Shown: in pieces, positions 1 through 11,680 of the stretch
How positions within the stretch are numbered: position 1 is the first letter of the stretch
Layout: each line of letters starts with the position of its first letter
DNA from: Eledone cirrhosa
Lineage: Eukaryota
NCBI GenBank assembly: GCA_964016885.1
Contig: OZ024740.1
Span: 34,410,001 to 34,474,000, forward strand
Direction: 5' to 3'
DNA length: 64,000 nt
Translations under genes and position numbers: made by a program
The notes under the pieces: model-generated
Told to the model about the DNA's origin: nothing
Database searches by the model: none
The model's input: only the letters and a program-made list of their open reading frames with translations

Positions 1-560
1 AGTAATTGGCAGTTTAACCCTGCGATGTACTGGTGGGGAGTCTTGTACTCTCTGTCGCTTCACACCACGGAAATTATGATAAGCACCGGCCTGATAAGCC
101 TTCAGACTTGAGACAGACTTTAGACTTTTTAGATTTATCATATCCATCTAAGTTCTGAATTCAAATAGCTCTCAAGTTTGACTTTACCTTTCATCTCTCT
201 TGAGTCGATAACACTAGTTATATACTGAGAATAGATTCAGTTGAATGTGGTTAGCAAGAGAAGTTATTATCTGAAATTGAGGTGAATAGTATCAAGAATC
301 CTTTCACTGACCCGCAACACTACGGTAGAAACCGTGATAATCTCATGAAGTATTTTGGGAGAAAACATAATCCTTTATCATTTGAGATTTCCTACTTTAA
401 CTTATGTAAGATAGCGAATTCGTAGAGTCGTTAGATTGTCGGACTAATTGATTTGTGGCATTCGTTCCTGTTCCTTGTACTGTGTTCAAATCCTGCCGAG
501 ACCAACTTTGTCTTTCATCCTCTCCATTGCTTCCTCTCTATATCTTTCTTACTTCTTCTG

Positions 561-704
<144 letters not shown>

Positions 705-857
705 CTCCTTCTCTGGAAGAAATCGGCTGCGTTTAAGGCTGGGGACGAGATGAGCTGGGCCAGGTTTAAAATACGGCACCCCTACCAGTTAAGGGTTCTT
801 ACACACAGTCTAACATGTATAAATTACGTTTAAGTGATGTTTCAAGAAATCTACAAA

Positions 858-972
858 GCGTGTGGCTGAGTGGTTAGAGAATTGGATTCGGAATCGTGAG
901 ATTGTGAGTTCGATTCCCAGACCAGGCGATACGTTATGTCCTTGGGCAAGACACTTTATTTCACGTTTCTCC
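858..972 (+). mobile_element. tRNA-derived SINE, family B (head and core)
   Basis: A-box TGGCTGAGTGGTTAG, B-box GAGTTCGATTCC, then GTCCTTGGGCAAGACACTT. A reverse-strand homologue lies at 30505-30630. Confidence 0.75.
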
Positions 973-1215
973 TTCTACCTGGAGTTGTGACCGATGGATA
1001 GTATTAGCTATTGGAAAGACTAATGGAAACATTGTTTCCTCGGTCCGATTTGACGAAAGTTGATCGACTGTCGACACATATCATGCCTACAAAAGTGAAC
1101 TAAAGGTAGCAGCTCGATTATCTTAATCTGGAGTCAAATTATATTTTCTTTGCAGTTGGAATTCTTTTTGGTTGGATCTTCAGTGAAATATAATTCCTCC
1201 ATATTATTTTCACGG

Positions 1216-1532
1216 TCTGAGTTCAAATCCCGTCGAGGTTAACTTTGCCTTTCATCCTTACGGGGTCGATAAAATAAAGTACCAGTAATTGCTGGCTTTG
1301 TGCCAAAAAGTAGAAACAATTATTTTCACATTGGAAAAAGGCGGTGGATTGGCAGTATCGGTAGAGGGTCGGACGCCATGCTTTTACGCATAGAGTTACG
1401 GCCCTTGCCATTCTGAGTTCAAACCCCGTCGAGGTTAACTTTGCCTTTCATCCTTACGGGGTCGATAAAATAAAGTACCAGTAATGTACTGGGTAATTGC
1501 TGGCCTTATGCCAAAAGTAGAAACAATTATAT
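1216..1532 (+). mobile_element. Two tandem copies of tRNA-derived SINE family A (5'-truncated 1216-1325; full 1340-1532)
   Basis: A-box TGGCAGTATCGG, B-box GAGTTCAAATCC, core TTTGCCTTTCATCCTTACGGGGTCGATAAAATAAAGTACC, tail GGCCTTGTGCCAAAAGTAGAAACAATTATT. Confidence 0.88.
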
Positions 1533-1639
1533 TCACATTGCAAATGTAGCTTAATGATAAATTGTTTCATCGATAATCGCTCTTAATACTTGCATGATCC
1601 TATATTGTGTTTGTGTTTGTGATATTTTTAATAAGGATA

Positions 1640-1817
1640 CTACCACCACCCCAGCACCAGATCAGCACACCCCAGCACCACCAGAAGCACCGCCACCACT
1701 ATCATTACCACCACCACCACCACCACCATCATCATCGTCATCATCACCATCAGCATCAGCAACAGCAGCACCAGCACCAGCACCACCAGCAACACCAGCA
1801 CCACTATCATTATCATT

Positions 1818-1850
<33 letters not shown>

Positions 1851-2070
1851 CTCACCAGCAGCAGCAGCAGCAGCAGCAGCACCACCACCACCACCAGCCG
1901 CACCAGCACAACCACCAACACCAGCTCCAGGAACAGCAGTAGCAGCACCATCACCAGCACCGCCACGACCACCACAATAGAAAACTTTAATAGCAACAAC
2001 ACCAGCAGTAGCCACAAAAATAGCAAAAGAAATAACAACAGCTCCACTTTGATATCTACAGCAGCAGCAG
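1640..2070. repeat. Compound CAN trinucleotide repeat (CAC/CAT/CAG/CAA)
   Basis: Imperfect triplet tract. It accounts for the poly-H/Q/P/A pseudo-ORFs on both strands. Confidence 0.9.
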
Positions 2071-2977
2071 TGGAGCTCTTTAAGGTATCCCAACTCAACA
2101 AGGACTCATAAATGGTACAGGCGGCTAAATTAGTCAAAATGGAGTCGAGAAGGGTCAAATTAACCATCCCATCGTATGTGTTAGCAGTAACTGCCATAAA
2201 AAAACGATACGAAAAACCCCGACATCCAGAAGCAGTGTCATAGGCCCAAATTGGGTGGGTGTGCTTCAAACGAAATATAGCCTGATATTGAATTTGTTGC
2301 AAGGAAAAGGCATCTTTAGGACGTGCATGTGCTTTTCAGTCCTAAAATATTTTGTGGCCCTCTTGCAGTAACGACTATGATCTTTTCCCTTACTATTTAG
2401 GAAGAAGAACAGCAACGGACAGTATTTTGACTGTCCGCGGCCTGTGTTGTCCTGGATGGTCAAGCTCTTGGTTGTAAAAAACTGAGTGGGGGAACTGAGT
2501 GAGAAAGAAAGAAAGAGAGAAAGAGAGTGAGAGATAGAGAGAGAGAAAGATAGATAGAGAGAGAGATGTAAAAAAATGCAGCCCATAGATTAAGATTCCT
2601 CTTTGGGGTTTGGAAATACTACAGCTCTGATAATTTACAAACCTATAGGAAGTACAAGTCAGATTTATACTGGCTAACTATTCATATTCCTAGAACGGTG
2701 ATGATGGTGATGATACTGCTGTTAATACCACAGACTATTGTTTAAAGAAGTTGATTCGACTGATTAGCAAAAGTTCAGCATCTATCAGGTTTCATTCTAT
2801 AATCCATAGACGAGTTCTTCACTCTCAACTTTTATACCAATACCACTGTAGATGATAACCCTACACACTCGGATACACTGTCGCATCCTCTATTACCACC
2901 CTTAATTTGTCTCACCTTTCAGATTTCACAAAACACTTCAGCCAAACCTTCGTTTCCAGAGTTATTACCATCTAGAG

Positions 2978-3524
2978 CAGTGATGCTCAACTAGTGTGCC
3001 GCGGCACACCTGTGCGCCGTGAGATCTTCCTAAGTGTGCCGCGAAATTTTGAACGGCACACTAAAAAAATACGAAAAACCCCGTGATCCCAATTGAGTAT
3101 TCACAGTCTGTCGTGTAACATTTTGCATCATATAGCTTTGTTCATTTAGGGATGAGTGAACTGTTTCCAAATGTCGCAATGATAAAAATTCTATATCTTT
3201 TATTGTTTCGTTCGTCATTAGTATTGATCATATGAATGGATATTGGTCAATAATTGTCTTAAACCCCCATCCCCAGAAGAAATTTTTTTATTATTATATC
3301 ATGCATCTTTTTTCACTTTTATGGTAGAATCTACCTCTAAAACTGAGACAAATGATATATTTCTTTTTCATCTAGTCCTAATGCTGAGATATGACCAAAA
3401 CTGGTTGATAAATAGCGTAATTTTCAGAGTTCAAATTTTTCATATATATATTTAGCCAGGTGGGCCGCTATTTGTTCATGTGTTCCAAGGTGTGCCGTTG
3501 GCAAAAAAAGGTTGAGAACCACTG
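2978..3524. mobile_element. hAT (Charlie-like) non-autonomous element
   Basis: TIRs CAGTGATGCTCAAC / GTTGAGAACCACTG. The 8-bp TSD is ATCTAGAG (2970-2977) / GTCTAGAG (3525-3532), the NTCTAGAN target typical of Charlie hATs. Subterminal GTGTGCCG motifs occur at both ends. Confidence 0.88.
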
Positions 3525-4185
3525 GTCTAGAGTTTCTCCCTATCCACTTTTTATCTACAGACACCAGCCCACAAAAAACTTCAGCCAAACCTTCGTTCCA
3601 GAGTTGTTACCATCTAGAGTTTCTCCCTACCCACTTTTTATCTACAGACACCAACCCACAAATGTTGATGCTGAATATCAACCCCAACTTCGATCTTACC
3701 AGAGAACATGCAAACGTCATGGATGCTTTCCAACCCCATTTGATATCTTATAAAAAAAACACCAAAAAGTTGATAGTCTAAAATTTAAAATGATTTAATA
3801 TAATTTTCAACGGAACAGGTGAATTCCATAAGATATGTCAAAGAACAATTGCCCAATATACTTTAAAATTAAACTTTATCATACACCTACGGTAGTAGGT
3901 GTATAATATTCTTAAGGTCCCATTTCGGTCACTCGTGACACCTTCAAAGCTTTGTCACTAATTCAATTTTTGATAGAATTGGATGAGGTTTGTTGCATTT
4001 CATAGGACGACAGATAAGCTACATTTTGACATAAAAATATTGAAATTTGGTTCAGTAGAAAAAAAGTTACATAAAAATAAGTGAGGACCAAAAGAGTGTA
4101 AGGAACTACATACATAAGTAACGCTTAGTTTGTTTCTAATTTCTAATACATTAAAATAGTGATAGATTGTGCAATAGCGAATTGT

Positions 4186-4258
4186 GGTCAGGTAGCTCAG
4201 TCGGTAGAGCAGCGGACCGGCAATCCGAAGGTCGAGGGTTCGATTCCCACCCTGATTA
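4186..4258 (+). tRNA. tRNA-like gene or pseudogene, anticodon GGC (nominally Ala)
   Basis: Cloverleaf: GGTCAGG/CCTGATT acceptor, GCTC/GAGC D-stem, CGGA/TCCG anticodon stem with CC-GGC-AA loop, GGTTCGATTCC T-loop, TTTT just downstream. Mismatches in the T and anticodon stems, and C at position 33. Confidence 0.55.
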
Positions 4259-4376
4259 CTTTTCCTATCTGCACTTCTTCCTATTTATTATTATTATTTA
4301 ACTTATTTGTTGATAAATATTTTTATTAATATTAATATAATAATATCCTTGCATTGCCTGGAAAAAAAGTGGATTA

Positions 4377-5589
4377 CAGGGAAAAATCCGGGCGCATGTA
4401 AAGAAATATTCTTAAATTAATAAACCTAGAAAAGTAAAGGACAAGTTATTACACCTGGAAAAGTAAAGGACAAGAAAACTTTTTAAAACTTCTTAAAATA
4501 TTGCAGCTAAAGTCTAAATTTGAAAAAAAAAATTAGATTATAAAACTAAAAATAAATAATTATAAGTTAATTGTTAAAAAAATATCACTTTAAAGGACTG
4601 GAAAAATGACTGTCTTATAGGGAGAGTTGACTACTGTATACTTAATTTTTTTCTTGGTGTATACAAATTAATCTTTTTAAAATAAAATTTGTACAATAAT
4701 TTGTACAATAATTTGTACAATAATTAATTAATAATAATAATAATTAATATGTACAATTTATTAATTTATGTTATAAGATATTTAAAAATTTTCACTCTTA
4801 ATCAAATTATATTTTTATAAATTTAGTTATAAAATAATGCAGTAAAATAAATCAAAAACAGTGCATCATATAATTGCACTTTTTATGAGTATTACAGATT
4901 TTTTTTATAATATAGTAAAATTCAACATCTCAAGGGGCAAAATTAGGTAAAAGTCAATTCATCAATTATTCATTTATAGTGAATCAATCAATTATAGTGA
5001 ATTCATCAATTCATTAGATGAACTGTTGAATTAGACAATGTTTAATTTTTAATTGTAGTCTAATTTTACTCTACCTAAAAATGTAGATTGGTTATTTTGA
5101 TCTCTGACAGGTCTTAAATTTCATTATTAAACAATTATAATTTGTTATTATTTATCATTACAGTTGGCTCCCTAATTAATTATTAATTAATTGTTAGTGT
5201 CATTTACACGCCAACATTTTGTTTTATTTGATGTTTATAATTGTCACTCATTTTTTCAGTCCCATTTAGTAAAGTAAAATAAAGTATATTTATTTAATGA
5301 CCCAACCACTATGGTGTAAATTAGGATCACAAAATTAAATAAATGATCATAAATTAGTATTATTATCAATTAGAGAGTCAACTGTATTATTAGAATTTAT
5401 CACTTTCTATGTATATTTAAATCAAATATTTTTTATTATTCAAATTTATACTATAGCTGCAATATTTTAAGAAGTTTTAAGAAGAAGTTTTCTTGTCCTT
5501 TACTTTTCCAGGTGTAATAACTTGTCCTTTACTTTTCTAGGTTTATTAATTTAAGAATATTTCTTTACATGCGCCCGCATTTTTCCCTG
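4377..5589. mobile_element. Non-autonomous DNA transposon with about 150-bp TIRs (TA-flanked, Tc1/mariner superfamily-like)
   Basis: TA|CAGGGAAAAATCCGGGCGCATG... at 4377-4525 is the reverse complement of ...CATGCGCCCGCATTTTTCCCTG|TA at about 5440-5589. The interior is AT-rich with no ORF. Confidence 0.85.
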
Positions 5590-5677
5590 TAATATAGAGA
5601 TATATGAATAGACATACCTGAGTAATAGAATCTGACGAAATATATAAAAATACTGAGAATTTGTCTTCTTTTGGTAG

Positions 5678-5754
5678 GGCATGCGATGTCAACGGAACAG
5701 TACCTCATCATTTTGTACTCGATCATGCAAGGGATACTGCTTTGTATTTTCTCG
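5678..5754 (+). CDS. ABCB1: ABCB1/P-glycoprotein-like transporter, first visible exon (77 nt; ACDVNGTVPHHFVLDHARDTALYFL-G; extracellular loop 1 into TM2)
   Basis: Acceptor ttgtcttcttttggtag, donor G|gtaaga. Open frame with an N-G-T sequon. The phase-1 end joins 7949 to give ALYFLGIAGAV, matching the P-gp AYYYSGIGAGV segment. Confidence 0.75.
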
Positions 5755-5946
5755 GTAAGATTTTTCCTATCACTTTTATCATTGTGTATGTTTCTTTTTA
5801 GTCGAATCTGCTATATCAATTCGATGTCTAATTGAGACTGTAACTGGGCGAAATGGCCCCGACCACCATTACTGTAAAATATAGTTTGTTTGGTGAGGCA
5901 ACAAAAAACCATTAAGGAACACAGAAGATTTTCATTTTTATTACAT

Positions 5947-6666
5947 ACTAGCCGAATTACCCGCGCCTTGCTGCGTTTCACACATTTTTTTTGTAAGAAA
6001 ATGATGATTGATTTTAAATCAGTGATATAATTTATGGAGAAAAACTCTGCATTTCAATATTACTCAATGGAAAATGTAATGCATGAAAAATTGGAAAACA
6101 TTATTTTTTGTAATATATCAAATCAAAATGACATTATTAAATCTTATTCTTATTTTGTTTCTTGTAAATAATTTTTTTCAAAATATTAGTTCAAAACTTG
6201 ATCAGTTCATTTTAGTGTAAAGCATTATTTTATTTGAGCTTCCAAAATGTTCATTATAGGGGGTTTAACCCCCATTAGGATGTCTTAATATTATTGAAAT
6301 TCGCTGAAATTTTGTGAATAGGCATCATATCTTGTCATTTACCTATGGTTTAAACTTCATATAAATCGAAGTGAAAATATTTTCAGCGGTGGTTTGTGCC
6401 CCCGGGGAACCTGTCTGTCTGTTTGTTTGTTTGTTCATGAACTCCTATGGTTTTGGAGATAGACCCCCATAACCATATATATTCTGAAACTACATTGCCC
6501 AGGCTACTTGGATAAGTATATTTCATTTTAATCAAAGGGTTCCCCGGGGTCACAAACCTCAGGCAATGTAGTTTCAGAATATATATGGTTAAGGGGGTCT
6601 ATCTCCAAAACCATAGGAGGAGTTCGTGAACAAACAAACAGACAGGAACTACAACTTTATATATAC
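5947..6666 (+). mobile_element. Possible non-autonomous rolling-circle (Helitron/Helentron-associated) element
   Basis: Starts ACTAGCCGAATTACCCGCGCCTTGCTGCG and ends with an ACAA/ACAG microsatellite plus CTTTATATATA, an architecture seen in such elements. Classification is from recall only. Confidence 0.45.
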
Positions 6667-7948
6667 ATATAAGAACACAGACGTCTACTTAAACGTTAAA
6701 ATTATATCTACTTAGTTTCTCAAAAGGTGTTGTATTTTAATTTCGAGTAATATAAAATGCAGTAAATTTTTGAATAATTTTTTTATAACTTTGATATGAA
6801 AAAAATAAATACATTGTTTAAAGCAGCTAATGAGAGTGTGTGAAATCTAAACGAGAACTTTATAAAATATGTCTTGATATTGGATACTCTAAAATGACAT
6901 TAGTTTTCGAGTGGGACCAAGTAAAGAATACTTTTTAAACTGTGAAAGGTTTACTTTGAAGTAGGTTTTTAGACGAAACAACGAGAGGTCGATTCTTTAA
7001 AGTGGCTTGATATTTTACTGTTTTGAATTCATTTGTTAAATGGCAAATGTTTTTGTTTGACTTAATGTTAAAAAGTTAAAAATAATTTTGTGACAAGAAT
7101 TTAATCTAATCTCTTCATTTATCACCAAAATATTTGATTAATAGCAAGTCTACATATTATTAGTAAACTTCAATTACTTTGATATTCACCAGTAGCTGAT
7201 ATATAATATTAATGTGTATTTATCTTTATTTCAAACACATACAAATAGTGTGTATTTATTTTAATATAGGATAAAGACCCCCGTTAGTCACGAATGACTA
7301 TGTATTTTGCACCTAGAAAGTTTCCCTTCCAAGGCACAAGTCCGAGCAGGCCAGTAGTTGCCCATGCATACCGGTTTCCCCTCTCCATGCTACCGCGAAT
7401 GTGAATTTGATGCTTTAATCACTAAGCCACGCACCTTCACCTATTTTAATATATAAACGTGGATTAATAGATTTAAAACAAAGGATAGTATTTTTTTTCA
7501 GTACCCGGACATTCTAACATTATTCTTTGTTTCTCCAACATTATATCTATGCTAGGAATCAGATAAACCATTCTTTGTCTAGGGAGAGAAAGCAGGTTTC
7601 TATTACTTACGAGCAACTCAAAACAGAAACGAGAAAATGAATAAAACCAAAGTGGGCTAGTAAGATATATTTCAGATGGTGTATTAAAACATGGAAAAGT
7701 TTGATAACATTTAAGAAAATGCGATGGATGTAAATGAATAAAAAAAATGAAAGTAACATCATCATTATCACCGTTCTACATCCCTTTTCCACACTGACAG
7801 AGGTTGCATGCGTTGTCACAGTCCGAGTTCAGACAGGTGTGTGTGTGTAAATATATTTACAGCATTACTGTTGTTAAAGTTAATAAATATCCACACACGT
7901 ACACTTAACTATGCATGCATTTAAACACATCTTTCTATTTAACTATAG

Positions 7949-8120
7949 GCATAGCAGGGGCTGTATTTATAACATCATACTTAAATGTTACCGCATGGAA
8001 AGTTACCTCAGAGAGACAAATGAATTGCATCCGGTCACACTTTATGAGAAGTATTCTTCGGCAACATCTACAATTTTTCGATAAGAATACACCTGGTATT
8101 TTAACCAACTACCAGTCATC
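7949..8120 (+). CDS. ABCB1: ABCB1-like exon (172 nt; IAGAVFITSYLNVTAWKVTSERQMNCIRSHFMRSILRQHLQFFDKNTPGILTNYQS; TM2-ICL1)
   Basis: Acceptor tatag and donor TC|gtaagt. Matches the P-gp motif W...RQ..IR..F..I.RQ...FD...G. Lies within ORF 7915-8124. Confidence 0.92.
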
Positions 8121-8303
8121 GTAAGTATTTCACCAATTAATTTTACTTAAACATTTTTAGCATCAAATAATTTCTTAAAATTAAGTAACTGCTGTTACCC
8201 TACATTTTACCTAAAATTAGGTACTTGTTGTTTCATTACATTTTAAAATATTAATCGTAGTGATATTTTTTGATATTTTTGGAAATTTCTTTTTTTTTTT
8301 TAG

Positions 8304-8475
8304 GTCACTGGATATAATTTCTCAGGGCCTTGGAAACAATATAGGTACGATGCTTTTCACCGGATCTTCAGGTGCAATAGCCTTAGTGTGTTCATTCGCA
8401 TATCAATGGAAAGTTACATTAATTTTACTTTCGGCTCTTCCTGTTATGTTTTTATTCACTTTCGCAATAAATAAG
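8304..8475 (+). CDS. ABCB1: ABCB1-like exon (172 nt; SLDIISQGLGNNIG...YQWKVTLILLSALPVMFLFTFAINK; TM3-TM4)
   Basis: Poly-T tract plus tag acceptor, donor AAG|gtaagg. Carries the WKLTLV-like motif. Phases are compatible with both neighbours. Confidence 0.92.
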
Positions 8476-8551
8476 GTAAGGAAATTTAAACATTTAATAA
8501 AAGTTGATATTCCAAAAAGTAACATAAATGTCATTGCATTATCATTTTATA

Positions 8552-9470
8552 CGAGAGTGGACTGAAAGGTTCATAGGTTGACTATGAAGGAGAGATGCTA
8601 GAGCTGTGAAATCTTGCATGCATTAATTTCAACTCTTCTTATTAATAACTGCATTATTTCGTTCCAGGTAAACTGACATCTGACTGTTCAAAGAAGACTT
8701 CAAAAGTAACTTGTAGTGACTTGTCTTGAAAATGGATAACAATTGGCACCGTGGTGTTATCAAGTACCGACAGAAAAAGGGTTTAGACTCCAAGGACATT
8801 CATGCTGACATGGTTGCTACATTAGAGGGCGGCACTTCAGCTTTATCAACAGTGCAAAAGTGGGCAGCTGAATTTAGGAGAGGAAGGGAGAGTTTTGAAG
8901 ATGACCCAAGGTCTGGACGTCCTGCAACTGCCACCACCTAGGAATACATTAATTGTTTTCAGCATATGGCAATGGATAACAGACGATTGACTATAAATCA
9001 AATAGTCAATGCTATTAGCATATTTTGTGAGAGAATTGATAATATTCTGCACAAGGAACTTGGCATGACGGGGAAATCTGACATTATTTGAAGAAGATCC
9101 AGCTGGTTTCCTTCTAACCTAGAGACAAAAAGACAATCCATACATTGGAAACACCCCTCCTCACCTGTTCCAAAGAAGGCCAGGGTCGTTTTATCTGAAG
9201 GGAAGGCGATGGGCTCAGGTTTTTGGGATGCTAAAGACATTGTGTTTATTGACTATCATCAAAAGGGCCATACCATCAAGATCAAACGCCCAGGAAAACT
9301 GACGAGAAGGGTTTTGTTTCACCAGAACGATGCTCAAGCACACAAGTCCTTGGTTTCAATGGCTACTGTGCGTGACTGTGGCTTTGAACTGCTTGATCCA
9401 TATTCCTCCTAATTTGGCCCCATCTGACTACCATTTGTTCCCCAACATGAGAAAAACACTTGGCTGGGAA
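8552..9470 (+). mobile_element. Decayed mariner transposon (transposase pseudogene)
   Basis: TA|CGAGAGTGGACTGAAAGG left end. Fragments [45 protein letters not shown] and a YSPDLAPSDYHLF-like segment. Stops, frameshifts and deletions; right TIR not seen. Confidence 0.9.
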
Positions 9471-9727
9471 CCTATCAATCGAGCAACTGTACTAGAAAGC
9501 CAATAAAGCTAACTATGACCTTAGTTTGAGTTCGCCTGAGGCATTTATAAGGCTTCTCTTTCTTCAAAACAAACCAACAATAAAAATTATGAATTTCTAC
9601 CACATATTTATAAATGAAGAAAACTAAAGATTTAGTTCGAACTTGAATGCTTGAATCCCATTGGTGAAGAAGCTTTCATCCTGTTAGTAAAAAAAGTCAT
9701 CAACAGCAAACATGACGTCATTATCAC

Positions 9728-9851
9728 TGGTCTGAGTTCAAATCCCGCCGAGGTTAACTTTGCCTTTCATCCTTATGGGGTCGATAAAATAAAGTACCCG
9801 TAATGTACTGGGATAATTGCTGGCCTTGTGCCAAAAGTAGAAACAATTATC
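9728..9851 (+). mobile_element. SINE family A, 5'-truncated
   Basis: B-box, core and tail nearly identical to 1412-1532. Confidence 0.88.
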
Positions 9852-10629
9852 ACTGAGTTCCATGTTTGAAAAAAAATATAGCGCTAACAAATTATAATTG
9901 TAATAGATGTATTCCAAGAAAAATATAAGTTAGTAAACGTTGAGTAATAAATTAAATATCACTATTAAGTTCATTGGTGTATAACAAAATACAATGTCAC
10001 CAACACTAGCAAATATAAAGTAGTGAGATCTAATAATTTAACATTTCATCTTTCATTTATAAAGGCTTTTACGGTAATCCCATTAAAAGTAAGTCCGAAT
10101 ATTAGTACAGCTGCCATATGCAACAAACTAGAGTTAAATTTTATATTTCTTATCCAGGATTCACTATTCATTCCAACCCCAAACTATGCAATAACCATTT
10201 GCACCCAGCTGTCATCTAGTCAATCGTTTACCTATTTCAAATCACGAAGCCTACAGTACAAAAGTATTTTATTTTTACATCTATGTATCTCCCAGAAAAA
10301 GACACTTGTATAATTCCTTGAGGAAACATGCAGGAAGCCAATAGTATATAAAAGCAGGCTCTAACTCAGTAAAACCCCCAGTCTTTCATAACAGAAGGCA
10401 TCAAAGTATAATGCAGTCCTTTTTAGGGAGCCAGAGTCAAGTAAAGCTAATCTGCTGCGATATATTCTTCTACTTTGAATTGTAACTTCTGGTAGAGTCG
10501 TAGGGGCTCTATAATGACATACAGTATTTCTTGGACAGTTTGTTTAAACTTAGAAGAATCCATCTCCTCTTCAGATTTGAATATGGCCAATTTCTTCGAA
10601 AGTAGAGAGAGAGAAGAAGAATGAACCTT

Positions 10630-10982
10630 AGTATTTGACTGTTACATTTTTTATCAACCTCAAATGATGAAAAGCAAAGTTGACCTCAATAGAATTTGAA
10701 CGCAGAGAGCAGAGAACCGGAACAAATACTGCAAAGCATTCTATCTGACGTTTTAAGAACACTGCCATTTTACCGTCTTATGTGTCTTCGATATTGAAAT
10801 AGCATTAATAGAAAACATTTAAACATACGGCAACGAGTAGGCAGAATCGTCAGATAGAAGGTTTTGCAGATTTCGTTCCAGCTCTCTGCTCTCTGAGTTC
10901 AAATCCAGCCGAGGTTAATGTTGTCTTTTATCCTTTCGAGGTCGATAAAAAAAAGTATCAGTCAGGTACTGGGGTCGATTTT
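10630..10982. mobile_element. Two older SINE family A copies in divergent orientation (minus about 10630-10785; plus about 10830-10982)
   Basis: GATGAAAAGCAAAGTTGACCTC..GAATTTGAAC on the minus copy; GAGTTCAAATCC..TCCTTTCGAGGTCGATAAAA on the plus copy. Confidence 0.7.
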
Positions 10983-11680
10983 CTCATTTCCATCCTCCCA
11001 TTCTCTATCTTTTTCTGGAAGAAATCTGCTGTATTCAAACATGGAGAGGGATGGGCTCTGTCAGGTTTAGAATACTGAAATAATGCAGTATGTCACTATC
11101 GCACCCCTACGACTCCCCCGGGAGTTACGGGACCATACATACCATTTTAGAATGTTAAAATAGAAGAAATCCTGTTTGAAAACAATTTAAATTAATAGCG
11201 AGAAATCTATTAAAGGCGGGAGTAATTTGATCCAGAAATCGTTTCCTCGGATGAGTTTTGTTTTTATCCGTATTATTATTGATATTCTTTAGACTATTTG
11301 AGGAGAAAGCCTCTCCTTTTTAATCCTCTCTTTTGTATATTTGATATAAATTTGTGTTGCGAGTCGTTTCTATATGATTAGAATATGATTACTTTTCTTT
11401 TAAATGTTTAGTGTTGAATCTGAGCTGGCCAGCCGCAGGTGTGAGCTCCGCCAGTTGGAATGGCTTTTCCAGCGCGTCTCCCTTGCCGTCTTCCGGGGAA
11501 ACACCTTCTCCATTCTGTCCGTCGGGTCTGTGGGGAGGCCACCAATATGATTGACTGACTTGTCATTTTATCAGTTTCAGATCTCAAACAATATATTACA
11601 ATTTAACTAAAAATATAAAAACATCGCTAAATTACAATACTAGTAAAATACAACAGTGCACAGACTCAGCTTGGCAATAG

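Noticed and set aside
1141-1215. Possible upstream ABCB1 exon after ttttctttgcag
   Set aside because: No frame resembles P-gp TM1 and no convincing donor occurs before the SINE. The 5' exons probably lie outside the window.
1594-2302. His/Gln-rich or Pro/Ala-rich protein ORFs
   Set aside because: Frames are open on both strands simply because CAN triplets lack stops. There is no recognisable domain or splice link to the ABCB1 exons.
10050-10620. Possible decayed LINE endonuclease on the minus strand
   Set aside because: Only a faint YRAP-like motif is visible, too degraded to call.
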